A stretch of 64,000 nt of DNA from Mobula hypostoma. Taxonomy: Eukaryota. Positions 1-14,640 of this stretch are shown piece after piece. Made by a program: the position numbers and the translations under genes. The notes under the pieces were generated by a model. It had not been told where the DNA came from. It saw nothing but the letters and a program-made list of their open reading frames with translations, and did no database searches. Positions within the stretch are counted from its first letter, which is position 1, and each line of letters opens with the position of its first letter. The stretch spans positions 22,568,001 through 22,632,000 of the forward strand of contig NC_086102.1 in assembly GCF_963921235.1 (NCBI RefSeq), given 5' to 3'.

Positions 1-376
1 GAAGAATTTGAAGGCATCTTGAATGTTGCAATGAAAATGAAGATTTGGAGGATGCGATAGTTGACAGCATTGTGTGAAGGCAGCCATTATCTGCATGAGG
101 TGTTTGCACTGATTTTGTTCATTTACAGACCAAAGAACACGATGCAGATAAATCCTTCTATTGATACAACTAATACCCAGTTTTTGTGTAATGTAGGTGT
201 ATTGGTTGTGTTCTAATTTGTCCTGTATTTTACTTAAATACATAACTTGTTACTCCATTTGTCCTTTTCGTACCTATTTAACTATTTCCATGAAGCTTTG
301 GGTAACTGGGGCAGCCACTTAATTGGGCCAAAAAATACCGGTCCTGATGTGTCCCAGTTAACCAGAATCCAATGTA
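1..376. mobile_element. One end of a pogo/Tigger-like non-autonomous DNA transposon
   Basis: Ends ...gtgtcccagttaaccagaatccaatg|TA, with subterminal aattgggcc/cccagtta repeats. The other end lies outside the window. Confidence 0.4.
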
Positions 377-774
377 TTAATGTAAGATTCATCACCTTGT
401 ATTTACTTGGCTTATCCCTGCTTCCCTTCTTAAATAAAGAAACCACATTAGCTGTCCTCTGATTTTCTCGTACCGAACAAGATTCAAGATTCAAAATGTT
501 TATTTTCATTCTTCAGCACAGGAGTGTAAAAGTGAATGAAATGATTGTTATAATGGATCCAATGCAGCATAAAAACACAATAAATATAATTATAAAAGGA
601 ATACAAAATATAATTATAAACGGAATACATAGATAGATTTTTAAAAATTAAATAGGTAATGCAAAAAGAAAGCCAAAGTAGAAAAGAAGTAGTGAGGTAA
701 TGTACACGGATTCATTGTCCATCCAGAAATCTGATGGCGGAGGGAAAGAGCTAAGGGCCCAAGAAAGAAGAACA

Positions 775-776
<2 letters not shown>

Positions 777-811
<35 letters not shown>
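777..811. repeat. (AT)n microsatellite, about 17 units
   Basis: Direct reading. Confidence 0.98.
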
Positions 812-814
<3 letters not shown>

Positions 815-828
815 TCTATTATTATTTC

Positions 829-2950
<2,122 letters not shown>

Positions 2951-2954
2951 GTCT

Positions 2955-2978
2955 ACACACACACACACACACACACAC
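2955..2978. repeat. (AC)n microsatellite, 12 units
   Basis: Direct reading. Confidence 0.97.
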
Positions 2979-5026
2979 TCAACTGAACACCACTCCACTC
3001 CCTCTGCAATTTTTGCTCATTTCTTTCTCAATTCATCGTTTACATTTATATTTGCTTTACATTTGCATTACATTATATTTGCATTACATTTACATTTGCA
3101 TTATATTTACATTTACATCATTATTATATTGCAATTTGTCCTTTACTGTGCCTATTGTCTTGTTTATTAATTATGGTACTGCTTTGCACTGTTTTGTGCA
3201 CTTTATGTAGTCACGTGTAGGCCTGAAGTCTTGTGTAGTTTTGTGTTGTTTCACTTAGTCTAGTGTAGTTTTGTGTTGTTTCATGTAGCACCATGGTCCT
3301 GGAGGAACGTTGTTTCGTTTTTACTGTGTACTGTACCAGCAGTTATGGTTGAAATGACGATAAAAGTGACTTGATCTTGATCGACGTGTATTGCAATATA
3401 CTGCTGCTGGCTGACAACACATTTCATGACATGTGCCAGTGATATTAAACCTGATTCTGATTTTGATTCTAACTTGTATAGAGATAGAACCGTTTTTATG
3501 ATGGAATTGTGAGATGGGTAACAACATATATAGAGAAAAAAACATTTAGAGAGAAGGAACCTGTTTTAGAGTCTGAGTGGTAACTGCTGAAAAGGAGCCA
3601 CATCTAGGACTGAACCTGCCCTACAAGTTGGCACTTAATTAGTTCACAGTGCCAAATGGGAGGCTGAAATATAATAGAAAAAGGTGCCAGCACAGTTTGA
3701 GCATAAATTTCCACTGGGAATACGGGGATCAGTATTATTAAATCTTTAATCTGACATGTTATGTGGTGTAATTCACACTGGTACAGCAGAGGGCATTCTT
3801 TCCTTATTATAGCAGAGTCAGAGAAGTTTAACTTTATCCGACATGTGCTATACCAAAGGTCACTTTATGAAATTTCTCGGGGGATGTAGGGGGAAATCAG
3901 ATGCACTGTTTCCATATTTTTTCTGACTTCTGATATTACTGAATGGGAGTATTTTCAATATAGTGTTAGTTAGAGGCTCCTAACTGCACAGCTGCTGAAA
4001 ATTACTTCCTATTTATGTATATTTTCCCCATTTTTAATTTGGAAAATTGCAAATCAAAAGTTAAATGACTTAATAGACGTGACTTTTCTGTTCCTTAGCA
4101 CGTGTTCCTTTGTATCATTAAAGCATATCAATACTATAACATACAAGACAAAGCAGCCTGCTTAATTCAAGATTATTTATTGGCCTGCTTCAGTACACAA
4201 GTATAAAGGAGAACAAAATGATTGTGTCTCCAGATCTGATGCAACATAAAAATGCAATCAGCATGAAGAACACAATAAATAAAAAAAAAGAATCACACCA
4301 TAAATATATATATAGAAGCAATATTGTAAGACACAATGTACAAGTAATTGTTATATAGATAGACCAATTACATGTACATAAAGTGATGCTAGGTGATGTG
4401 CATGTACTGGTGGAGGTGTTGATCAGCCTGGTAGCTTGGGAAAGTTACTGTTTTTGAGTCTGGTGACTCGTGTGTGGATGCTGTGTAGCCTCTTCCCTAA
4501 TGGGAGCGGTACGAACAGTCTATGAGCAGGATGGGTGGGATCCTTCAGGATATTGCTGGCCTTTTTCCAGGCAACTTTCTGGGATATGACTAAACCCTCC
4601 CCACCACTGAGCATATCTACATGAAGCATTGTTGCAGGAAAGCAGCATCCATCATCAGGGACCCCCACCACCCAGGTCATGCTCTCTTTTCACTGCTACC
4701 ATCAGAAAGAAGGTACAAGAACCTCAGGACTCACACCACCAGGTTCAGGAACAGTTATTACCTCTCAGCCATCAGGCTCTTGAAATATAGGGGATAACTT
4801 CACTCTTCTTGACCGAATATTGAAATATTCCCAAAACCAATGGACTCACTTTCAAGGACTCTTCATCTCATGTTTTTGCTATTTATTGCTGATACATTTG
4901 TTATTATTATTTCTTTTTGTATTTGCACATTTTAATGTATTTCTCACACTAGTTGACTGCCCATGTTAGTTCAGTCTTTTATTGATTCTATTATGGTTAT
5001 ATTCCATTATGGATTTATTGAGTATC

Positions 5027-6770
5027 TCCTTCTTCCTGTGCCTTGCACGTTACACACTTGAGCGAACATGGCTTTCCACGTCGAACGATCCCATGCAGCG
5101 TCAATGATATCTCGCACACTTAGATCTGTTCGTTCTTTCACAGTGTCCATATATTTTCTTCTTTGCCTTCCTCTTCCACGTTTCCCGAGCATACTGCCTT
5201 GTGATGTAAGGCATTCTATTTCTCCTTTTCTGATGACATGGCCCAGGAATTTAAGTTTCCTCTCATTTAATGTTTTCATTAAAGATCTTTTTGTATGGGC
5301 ACGTTGGAGTACTGTCTCATTAGTTACCCTATCTCTATATGATATTTTCAGCATTCTTCTAAGAAGCCACATTTCTGTTGCTTCTAAGTTCCTTTGGAGT
5401 TCTGGTGTTATAGTCCATGTTTCGGAAGCATACAGCAAGATTGACCAGATGTAACATTTTAGTAGCTTTGTTGTCATAGAAATGTGTCGTTGGTAAAAAT
5501 GGGTTTCATTTTTTGCAAGTTGGTTTTGGCAATGGCAATTCTTCTTTTTATTTCTACTTCTTGCATCTTGTGATATAAAGCTACCAAGGTAATTAAAGCT
5601 GGTCTTTTGTTCAGTCTCTTGGTTACTGATGTACAATTGGCAGTTGGGAATATCCTGCTGTTCTGATATTACCATACATTTGTTTTTTTTTACAGTTGAT
5701 GGTTAGACCAAAATTTGCACTTGTTTGTACTACTTTGTCTAGGAGGTTTTGTAGGTCTTCTGCAGCACTTGCTATTGTCTGCATATCTTATATTGTTGAT
5801 GTTAACACCTCCAATTTTTATCCCATCTAGGTCTTCTATTTCTCTGAGAATCATTTCACTATAATAAGTGCCGCTCTGCTGAGGGCTCACTAGCACATCT
5901 TTTCTAGTTTTGTCCTACATTATACAATTTTTGGACCGCAATTTTTGAGTGGCTCTCAAAAGTCTATTCTAGAGACATTCAGCCCAATCATGACCTCGCC
6001 ATCTTTGGATGCTCTGCAGCGACTCTTGAGTTGCCGCATGACATGCAGATTGCTCTGCATTTAGGAATGGTGGTGGCTAAGAAACTTATTCTTTTGACCT
6101 GGAAGTCTACTACTCCACCCACCTTCGCATACTGGCTCAAGGAGATGTTGTCGATTATACAAATGGAGAGATTGCGTCTGCGCAATCCCAATACACAGGA
6201 TATATTTGAGAGAATATGGGGACCCTATTGGCTCAGTGTCATATTACCTCACATACATAGTGACCTTGACCTGTCTAGTCTCATGAGTGGGTGTGGTGCC
6301 TAACCAGATTCCTTTATTCATTTTACTTTACATTGCTTCCGTGATGTCACTATTGTGTTAACTCTTTATCTGAAAGTTTATTTAGGTAATCTTGTAAATT
6401 GTCTGGCAGCCTTTTTTTTTGGTCTTGATTTGTTCTGTCTGTGCTCCACTTGGAGCTGTAGTTCCTTTGTATTGTTTTGAACATCTTCAATTTATTTTGT
6501 CTTTGTAAAACTGTAAATTGTAAATAAAGTATTTAAAGAAAAAAAGAATCATTTCACTATAGATATTAAACAATTCTGGTGAGGCAACACATCCCTGTCT
6601 AACTCCTCTTTGAATTTAGTCCAACTGCTTATATTATCATCAAGTTTTACCGCCGTCGTTTGGTTCCAATATAAATTTTGAAGCAGTTGTTCGTCCCTTC
6701 CGTCAATGCTTAGTTTAGCGGGAATTTGAAATAATTTTTCATGTTGCACTTTGTCGAATGCTTTTTTGAG
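5027..6770 (-). mobile_element. RTE-clade LINE RT fragment, interrupted by an L1-clade insertion
   Basis: KAFDKVQHEKL...LYWNQTTAVK (6549-6770) continues past the insertion into MILREIEDLDGIKIGGVNINNIRYADN and LLYASETWT...LKFLGHVIRK...GKRGRGRQR...RSTWK. Confidence 0.9.
5864..6544 (+). mobile_element. L1-clade LINE 3' end with A-rich tail and 17-bp target-site duplication
   Basis: KCRSAEGSLAHLF.FCP..FW...WKSTTPPTFAYWLKEM..IIQMERL...FERIWGPY; AATAAA plus A tail; TSD agaatcatttcactata at 5847-5863 and 6545-6561. Confidence 0.88.
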
Positions 6771-8089
6771 TATACCCACAGGAAAACAAATCTCAGGGTT
6801 GTATATAGTGACATATATGTACGTTGATAATAAACTTACTTGGATCTTTGATATGTCCACCACATATTGGCACTTTATCCACTGCCCTGAGTTTGCACTC
6901 ATTTCATCTCTGGTGCTAAATTTTGTACCATCTATACAATGCACTGCAGATATGGACCCAGACCACTCCAACAGCATCTCCAAAAACCATAACCTCTACT
7001 GGCAAGAAGGACAAGGGTTGTCATCTGCACGTTCCTCACCACCCTGAAGTTCAATGATGTTGCATTTCATTTGGCACTAAGTCTAAATCCTGAAACTCCC
7101 AACCTGATAGTATTGTCACAGCACCTTTTCCCGAAGAGCTGAAGCAGTTCAAGAAGTTGTTTCAAAGCAAATTTATTATCAAGGTACGTATATGTTACCA
7201 TATATTGCCTTAAGATTCATTTTCTTGCAGGCATTTGCGGTAGAACGGAGAAATACAGTAGAATCAATGAACAAACCACACACAAAAACAGACTAATAAC
7301 CAAGGTGCAAAAGAAGATGAACTGTGCAATTAAATATAGGAATAATGCTGAAGATTCACCTTCACCTTCACAAAGGCGTTTAGGGATAGACAATATATGT
7401 TGCTCTGGCCAGAGATCTTGAATAACAAACAATCTCTCTGCCTGTCCAATGGCCTATCTATCTATCTAATTATGCCTGTCTACTCTTCTATTTCTCCGCC
7501 TTTTTCTGCCTATTTATTTATTTATTGCACATTGCACAAACTACGAGTTGAATGGTTCAAATTTCTCATGAACAAGTGGAAAATAAACATTTCTTCTATT
7601 GTTATCCTGACATGACATCGTTCTGCTAAGCCCAGGTTCCAGGGTGTACACTGGGATTTGCATTTGACCTCTTGTAGAGGTGCATGCTAAAAAGATGCGT
7701 ATTATTACATAAGCACAAATGGGTTCATCTTTAATAAGCTTCATGATGACGGGGTGGGGGGAAGGAGAGTTGTCTCCGCTTGGGCATCATCTTGCATATG
7801 CTTCTTGCCAACAAACAATACTGGTGCTGCTGATAGAGATATGAACATATTTATCTTTACCATAATCAAATGAGGCATGGTACAGAATTTTTGTGCTTAG
7901 TAATAGGTGTTATTAGAGGGCATAGGCTCCTTGGGCTGGAGGGGCCTGTTACCATACTGTATCTCTAAAATAAATTAAAATAAAAGAAAAAGGAAAGAAA
8001 AGAAAGGTGGACTCCATTTGGGTTGGAATGCTTAGCAGGTGATTGTTGAAGATAAGTGACAATCACAATCTCCCACAGTCCTTGCTGAT

Positions 8090-9725
8090 CCTGTGATTTC
8101 AGTCTCTGAGGCCAACGTGCGAGCAGCCTTCAGGAGGGTGAATCCACAAAAAGCATCGAAGACCTGTGCTGATCAACAGGCTGGAGTGTTCACTGAGATC
8201 TCTAAATTCTTGCTTTGACAGTCTGAGGTATCCACCGGCTTCAAACAGGCTTCAACTATACCGGTGCCTGAGAAGAATGCGATAACCTGTCTCAACGACT
8301 ATCATCCATTAGCACTTCCATCCACAGAGGTGAAGTGTTTTGAGAGGTTGGTGATGAAACATATCAACTCCTGCCTGAGGAGCAACTTGGATCTGCTCCA
8401 ATTTGCTTACCAGCATATCAGGTCCACAGGAGATGCCACCTCATTGGCTTTTCACTCAACCCTGGAACATCTGAGCAGCAAAGATGCTTAAGTCAGAATA
8501 TTCTTTATCGACTACAGCTCAGCTCAATACCATCAGCTCTTCAAAATCAGTAAGCTTCAAGACCTTGGCCTCAATACCTCTTTGTGCAATTGGATCTTCG
8601 ATTTCCTCACTTGAAGACACCAGTCAGTTTGGATTAACAACAACATCTCCACAATCTTCATCAGCCTAGGTGCACCACAAGGCTGTGCGCTTAGCCCCTG
8701 CTCTACTCACCACACTAATGACTGTGTGGCTAAGCACAGCTCCAATGCCGTATTCAAGCTTGCTGACAACACCACTATCATTGGCTGAATCAAGGGTGGT
8801 GACAAATCTTCATATAGGAGGGAGATTGAAAATATGGGGAGTGGTGCCATAACACCTATCTCTTACTCAATATCAGCAAGACCAAGGAGCTGAGTATTGA
8901 CTTCATGAGGAGGAAACTAGAGGTCCATCAGCTGGTTCTCTTTGGAGGTGGAGAGGGTCAGAAACTTTAAATTCTGTGGAGGACTTGTCCTGGGTTCAGC
9001 ACACAAAAGCATTTATGAAGAAAACACCTCTACTTCCTTCGGCGTTTTCGAAGATTCAGCACGACATCTAAAACTGTCAAGCTTCTATAGGTGTGTGATG
9101 GGGAGTATATTGACTGGTTGCACCACAGCCTGGTATGGAAACGCCAATATCCTTGAATAGAAAATCCTACAAAAAGTAGTGCTTATGGCTCAGGCCATCA
9201 CGGGTAAAGCCGTCTCCACCAATGAGCACATCTACACAGAGTGTTGTCACAAGAAAACAGCAACCTTCATCAAGGACCTCCAGCGCCCAGGTCATCCTCC
9301 CTCTTCGCTGCAACTACCAGGAAGGAGGTACAGGAGCCTCAGGACTCACACCACCAGCTTCAGGAATACCTATTACCCCAAACCAGCAGGCTCTTGAACC
9401 AAAGGGGATAACTTCACTCAACCTCCCTTGCCCCATTCACTGAAATGATTCCACGATCCATGGACTCACTTTCGAGGACTCTTCATCTCATGTTCTCAAT
9501 AGTTATTGCTTATTTATTTTTATTATTATTGCTTCCTTTTTGTATTTGCCCAGTTTATTGTCCTTCGCACACAGCTTGAATGCCCAAGTTGGTGCAGTCT
9601 ATCATTGATTCCATTATGGTTATTATTCTCTTATGGATTTATGGAGTATGCCCATGAAAAAATGAATTTCAGGGTTGTGTATGGCGACATATATGTACTT
9701 CGATAATAAATTTACTTTGAACTTG
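8090..9725 (+). mobile_element. Rex1/Babar-clade element, decayed, with 3' UTR tail
   Basis: [26 protein letters not shown]...LQFAYQH, ggtgcaccacaaggctg (GAPQG); tail ...aataaatttactttgaacttga. Confidence 0.85.
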
Positions 9726-10325
9726 AATTGTGACTTCAGTAAATCTAGGTGGGAATTAATTAAAAACACAATGTTGTTAGTGTCTGATGGTCACAGGAAT
9801 GTGCTATTGTCCAGATCGCTTTCAAGTTGGCTGCCATCAGCAACAACAAGACTGATAAATGTGGGGTTGCTGTTGGCTGCTTCTCAGTAGTGACAATTTG
9901 GTTTCTGCATTCAAGTGAATTGTGCATTGCCAACTGGATGCATCATTTGCATGTTAATGGAGAGCAGCACTTTACAAAAATCTAGCTTTCAGATCAGAAA
10001 TTAAATTAAGATGAAGGTTTCTGGCTCGAATTGTTGACTGTTTATTCCCCCTCAGTAGATGTTGCTGAGTTCCTCCAGCACTTCATGTGTATTGCTCAAG
10101 ATTTCTTGCAGAATTTCATGTGTTTAAGGCACTGTCTGCAATTTTGGGCTGACACAGAGGAATTCAGGGCACAGTTCAAAGAACATGGTTGTTTAGATCA
10201 ATGTTTATCAATTAACCACTGAATTATTTAAGCATTATCTGGTCGACATCATAATGTTGCAGTTTGTGGGATGACTGTGAATCTGAACAGCAAAATTACA
10301 CTCCAAAGGTAACAGAAAACAGTCT

Positions 10326-10777
10326 GGGGGGTGGTGGTGGGGGGTCAGCGTGTCTAGTCATATCTGTGAGAGGTGGGGGAGCTCAGCAAGTCTAGTCATA
10401 TCTGTGGGGTGTGGGGGGAACTCAGCTGGTCTAGTCATATCTGTGGGGGTGGGGGGAACTCAGTGGGTCGTGGGGGGAACTCAGCAGGTCTGGTCATATC
10501 TGTTGGGGGGTGGGGGGAACTCAGCGGGTCTAGTCATATCTGTGGGGGGTGGGGGGAACTCAGCAGGTCTGGTCATATCTGTGGGGGGTGGGGGGAACTC
10601 AGCAGGTCTGGTCATATCTGTGGGGGGGAACTCAGCGGGTCTAGTCATATCTGTGGGGGGTGGGGGGAACTCAGCAGGTCTAGTCATATCTGTGGGGGTG
10701 GGGGGATCTCAGTGGGTCTAATATCTGTGGGGGGGTAGGGGGTGGAACTCAGTGGGTCTAGTCGTAACTGTGGGGGG
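10326..10777. repeat. G-rich minisatellite, about 12 units of about 38-41 bp
   Basis: Unit GGGGAACTCAGC(A/G)GGTCT(A/G)GTCATATCTGTGGGGGGTGG; one partial unit; G-run length varies. Confidence 0.97.
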
Positions 10778-11298
10778 CATTAATGGAAGTTAGAGAAGTC
10801 AATGTGCCCGTCTGGGTAGCCTCCAACCTGATGGCACGAACATTGACTTCTCTAAATGCCATTAATGCCCCTCTTTCTCTTCTTACCCCATCCCTTATTT
10901 ATTTATTTATTATTTTTTAAATTTTCCCACTTTCTTTCTCTCTCTCTCTCTCTATCTCTCTTTTCTCCCTCTGTCCCTTTCACTATAACTCCCTGCCTGC
11001 TCTCCATCTAACTGTGGGCTCCCCCTTTCTTTCTCCCCAGGCCTCCTGCCCCATGATCCTCTCCCTTCTCCAGCCCTGTATCCCATTTGCCAATCAACTG
11101 CCCAACTCTTAGCTCCATCCGTCCCCCACCTGTCTTCTCCTATCATTTCAGATCTCCCCCTCTCCCTCCCTCTTTCAAACTATTTACTATCTCTTCTTTC
11201 AGTTAGTCCTGATGAAGGGTCTCGGCCTGAAATATCAACTGTACTTCCTATAGATGCTGCCTGGCCTGCTGCGTTCACCAGCAATTTGTGTGTGTTGC
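10774..11298 (+). mobile_element. Penelope-like terminal repeat (pLTR) with a short inverted 5' arm
   Basis: Inverted arms 10774-10805 and 10840-10871; end of ORF LGSLQPDGTNIDFS; pyrimidine tract; hammerhead; tail gatgctgcctggcctgctgcgttcaccagc. Confidence 0.85.
11204..11241 (+). ncRNA. Hammerhead ribozyme motif, CpG-decayed
   Basis: tagtc-CTGATGA-agggtctcggcct-GAAA-TATC^aactg; core intact, first stem I pair lost. Confidence 0.6.
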
Positions 11299-12216
11299 CT
11301 AAAAGAGAGCAAGATGATCACTAGGCGTCACTAATGAGTTGGTGCAACCATTGCGATTTTGACCCTGGGGAAATTCTGTACTGGACACCACACATAAGGA
11401 AAGAAGCTTGACAAAAAAAAACTTGAAGGAAAAATTAAATATATAGAAGTATAGTTAAAGATCTATGAAATGAAAGCAGTCTGTACCAAAGAACTAGCAC
11501 AGATCATTGGCTGAATGATTACTTTTCCATCCAGATGCTTTGACTGCATGAAACCACCTTTGCCTTTATTGTGTTATGCCATCTACAATTTGTTTTAAAT
11601 TTAAGGAATGTAGGCTTTACCTTTGAATCAGATAAGTTGCTGTAGCATTTTAGAGAGCAGCTAAGAGGCAACTGTGTTTTTGTATGTGTGAAGTTGATTA
11701 TACGCCAGACAAGCTAAGTCTTTTATTATTTAAAGGAGATTCCCATTGGGGAATAGTATAAATATTTTTAATGATGGGCTGATAATTTTGAAGTCAACAT
11801 TACTGATAAGAAAATTTCTTATCTTATGAATGCAGGCAGACTTTTTTTTCCAGAGGTTGGGTGAGCTACAACAAGAGGTTAAGGGAGAAAGGTGAAATAT
11901 TCAAGGGTAATTTGAGGGTAAAACTTCACTCTGAAGATGGTGCGACTGTGGATCAAGCTGCCAGGTGAAGTGGTAGATGCAGGTTCCATTGCAGCAGTTA
12001 AGAGAAGTTTAGATAGGAACAGAGGGGTGGGCAGAAGATCAGGGCTGCATTGACTGAGTGGGCCAATGGACCTGTTTCTGTGTTGTAATGCTCCATGACT
12101 TTACCGACTGAAACAAAATTCCTTCTTCCATTTGGGGATTATGAATTCATGAATGTTCTGGTTCTAACATAATCACCATATCTTATGGGTTTTCAAAGTA
12201 TCATCCATTCAAATTT

Positions 12217-12876
12217 GGTGAGCATCTTATCAGGTATACCGACTCGTTAATGCAAATATCTGATCAGTCAATCATGTGGCAGCAACTCAATGAAAAAAAA
12301 AACGTGCAGAGATGGCCAAGACATTCAGGTATTGCTCAGACCAAACATCAGAATGGGGAAGAAATATGACATAGAAACATAGAAAATAGGTGCAGGAGTA
12401 GGCCATTCGGCCCTTTGAGCCTGCACCGCCATTCAGTATGATCATGGCTGATCATCCAACTCAGAACCCTGTACCTGCCTTCTCTCCATACCCCCTGATC
12501 CCTTTAGCCACAAGGGCCATATCTAACTCCCTAAGTGACTAAGTGCCTTTGACCATGAAATAATTTTTGGATCCAGACAGGGTGGTTAGAGTATCTCAGA
12601 AACTTTTGATCTCCTGGGGTTTTCATGCATAAAATGGTACGAAAAACAGAAAAAAAACATCCAGTGAGCGGCAATCCTACGTGTGCTAATGAGAGAGGTC
12701 AGAGGAGAATGACCAGGTTGTTTCAGGCAGGAAGGTGACAGTAACTCAAATAACCATATTTTACAACAGAGGTGCACAGAAGAGCGTCTCTGAACACACA
12801 TGTCAGACCTTGAAGTGGATGAAGTGGAAGGCCACAAACATGCAGGGGGTACCTAATAAAGTGGCCACTAAGTATA
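12217..12876 (+). mobile_element. Tc1-derived non-autonomous element with a CR1 3' tail (about 12369-12531, -) inserted
   Basis: TIR ...gtacctaataaagtggccactaag|TA; internal sequence matches the other copies. Confidence 0.8.
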
Positions 12877-13540
12877 GAGCAGGCAAGCACACTGCACAGA
12901 GAAACTGCAAATGAAACTATTGTAATTTCTTTTTTAGGCAAGTAAATGTATGATCTGTGTTTGTTATGTTTGGTTACCGTAGTTGGAAGAAATCTTTAAA
13001 ATGATTTATGGAAATGCTTCAGATTGTAAGAATATAACCTGAAGGTAGAATCAGTAAAAGGAATAACCTTAAAGTTGCCATCTTGAATGAAATGTGGGTT
13101 GAAATTGTGCAGTATTAATGGTGAATGGGATGAAAAGCAGGAACTAAATTCCTTTTATTAAATAAAGGTTTTTAGTTCAAATTCTGATTGATGTTGCTGT
13201 TAAAATAATGGTCCAAAGAATTTCCTTCAACATATTTGCAGGACCCATAGGATTAATGCAAGTTTTGCTATTAGTGTACACTGCAACTTCAGAGCTAATC
13301 CTCTAATCTCTATCCTAAATCCCCCATGCTAAGCATAATGCAAATGCTCTTACAGGACTACAACTTTGCTATGTAGTAAAGTATGCATCAAAATGTCACC
13401 TTGATCCGTCTTGCATGCAGCTTTATTGATTTCTTTGCCACTATTTAGAACATCTAATATGCAAAGAGTTTCCTGGCATTTTATCTGAAAATTGCTTGGG
13501 CTATTGGCCTAGTAGTGGGTAACCTAATGCTTCTTTAAAG

Positions 13541-13970
13541 TACACTAGGTGCCACTTTATCAGGTAAAATGTTGCCTCCCTGTCAACTTGAACCAGTCTG
13601 GTCATTCTCCACTGACCACTCTCATTAACAAGGCATTTTCACCCACAGAACTGCTGCTGACTGGATTTTTCTTTGTTTTTCATGCCATTCTCTGTAAACT
13701 CTAAAGACTGTTGTGCATGAAAATTCCAAAAGAATAGCAGTTTCTGAGATACTCAAACCACTCTGTCTGCCACTAACAATCATTCCATGGTCAAAGTCAC
13801 TTAGGTCCCATTTCTTCCCCATTCTGATGTTTGGTCTGAACAACAACTGAACCTCTTGACCATGTCTGCATGCTTTTATGCATTGAGTTGCTCCCATATG
13901 ATTGGCTGATTAGATATTTACATTAACTAGCAGCTGTACAGTTGTGCCTAATAAAGTGGTCACAGAGTGT
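13541..13970 (-). mobile_element. Tc1-derived non-autonomous element
   Basis: TIR-like ends; transposase N-terminal HTH remnant MGKKWDLSDFDHGMIVSGRQSGLSISETAILLEFSCTTVFRVYREW. Confidence 0.85.
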
Positions 13971-14099
13971 GCACTGTGGAATTACCTTCGCTACCCCAAG
14001 ATTAAAAAATAATGATGTATGAAATGCATCTGTGTAATAACAGGTAGATAAGTATTTGATCAATACTAATCAATGAGCTTCAAAATATGCCCTCTGTAC

Positions 14100-14640
14100 A
14101 CCCCTCGGCAACTGTATTCTTCACTTCCTCATCAGGACACCACAGTCAGCATGGATCAGCAATGACATCACCTCCTTGTCGGTAATCAACACAGGTACAT
14201 CTCACTCGTGTGCTTAGCCCTTGGCTCTACTCCCTCTGCACTCTTGACTGTGTGGCTAGGCATAACTCATCTATAAATTCGCCAGTGACACCACTGTTGC
14301 TGGCACGATCTCGGATGCTGACGAGGAGGCATACAAGAGTGAGACTGAGTGGTGTTGCAACAATAACCTTGCACTCGATGTCAGCAAGACGAACGAATCG
14401 ATTGTGGACGTTAGGAATGGGAACTTGAGGGAGCACGCACCTGTCCTCATTGAGGGATCAGTAGTGGAAAGAGTGAGCAGCTTCAAGTTCCAGGGCACCA
14501 GTATCTCTGAAGATTTATCCTGGGCCCGACATATTGATGCAATCATGAAGAAAGCAGACCAGTGGCTATACTCTGGAGTTTGAGGAGATTTCTTGCAGAT
14601 TTTTACAGATGTATGGTGGAGACACTCGTTCGTTCTATGC
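14100..14640 (+). mobile_element. Rex1/Babar RT fragment
   Basis: gtgtgcttagcccttggctctactcc...gaaagagtgagcagcttcaagttc, homologous to 8690-9100. Confidence 0.7.

Noticed and set aside
10350-10738. Gly-rich and Pro-rich repetitive ORFs; also considered as a CRISPR array
   Set aside because: These are translations of the minisatellite. Units are contiguous with no unique spacers, there are no cas genes, and the context is vertebrate.
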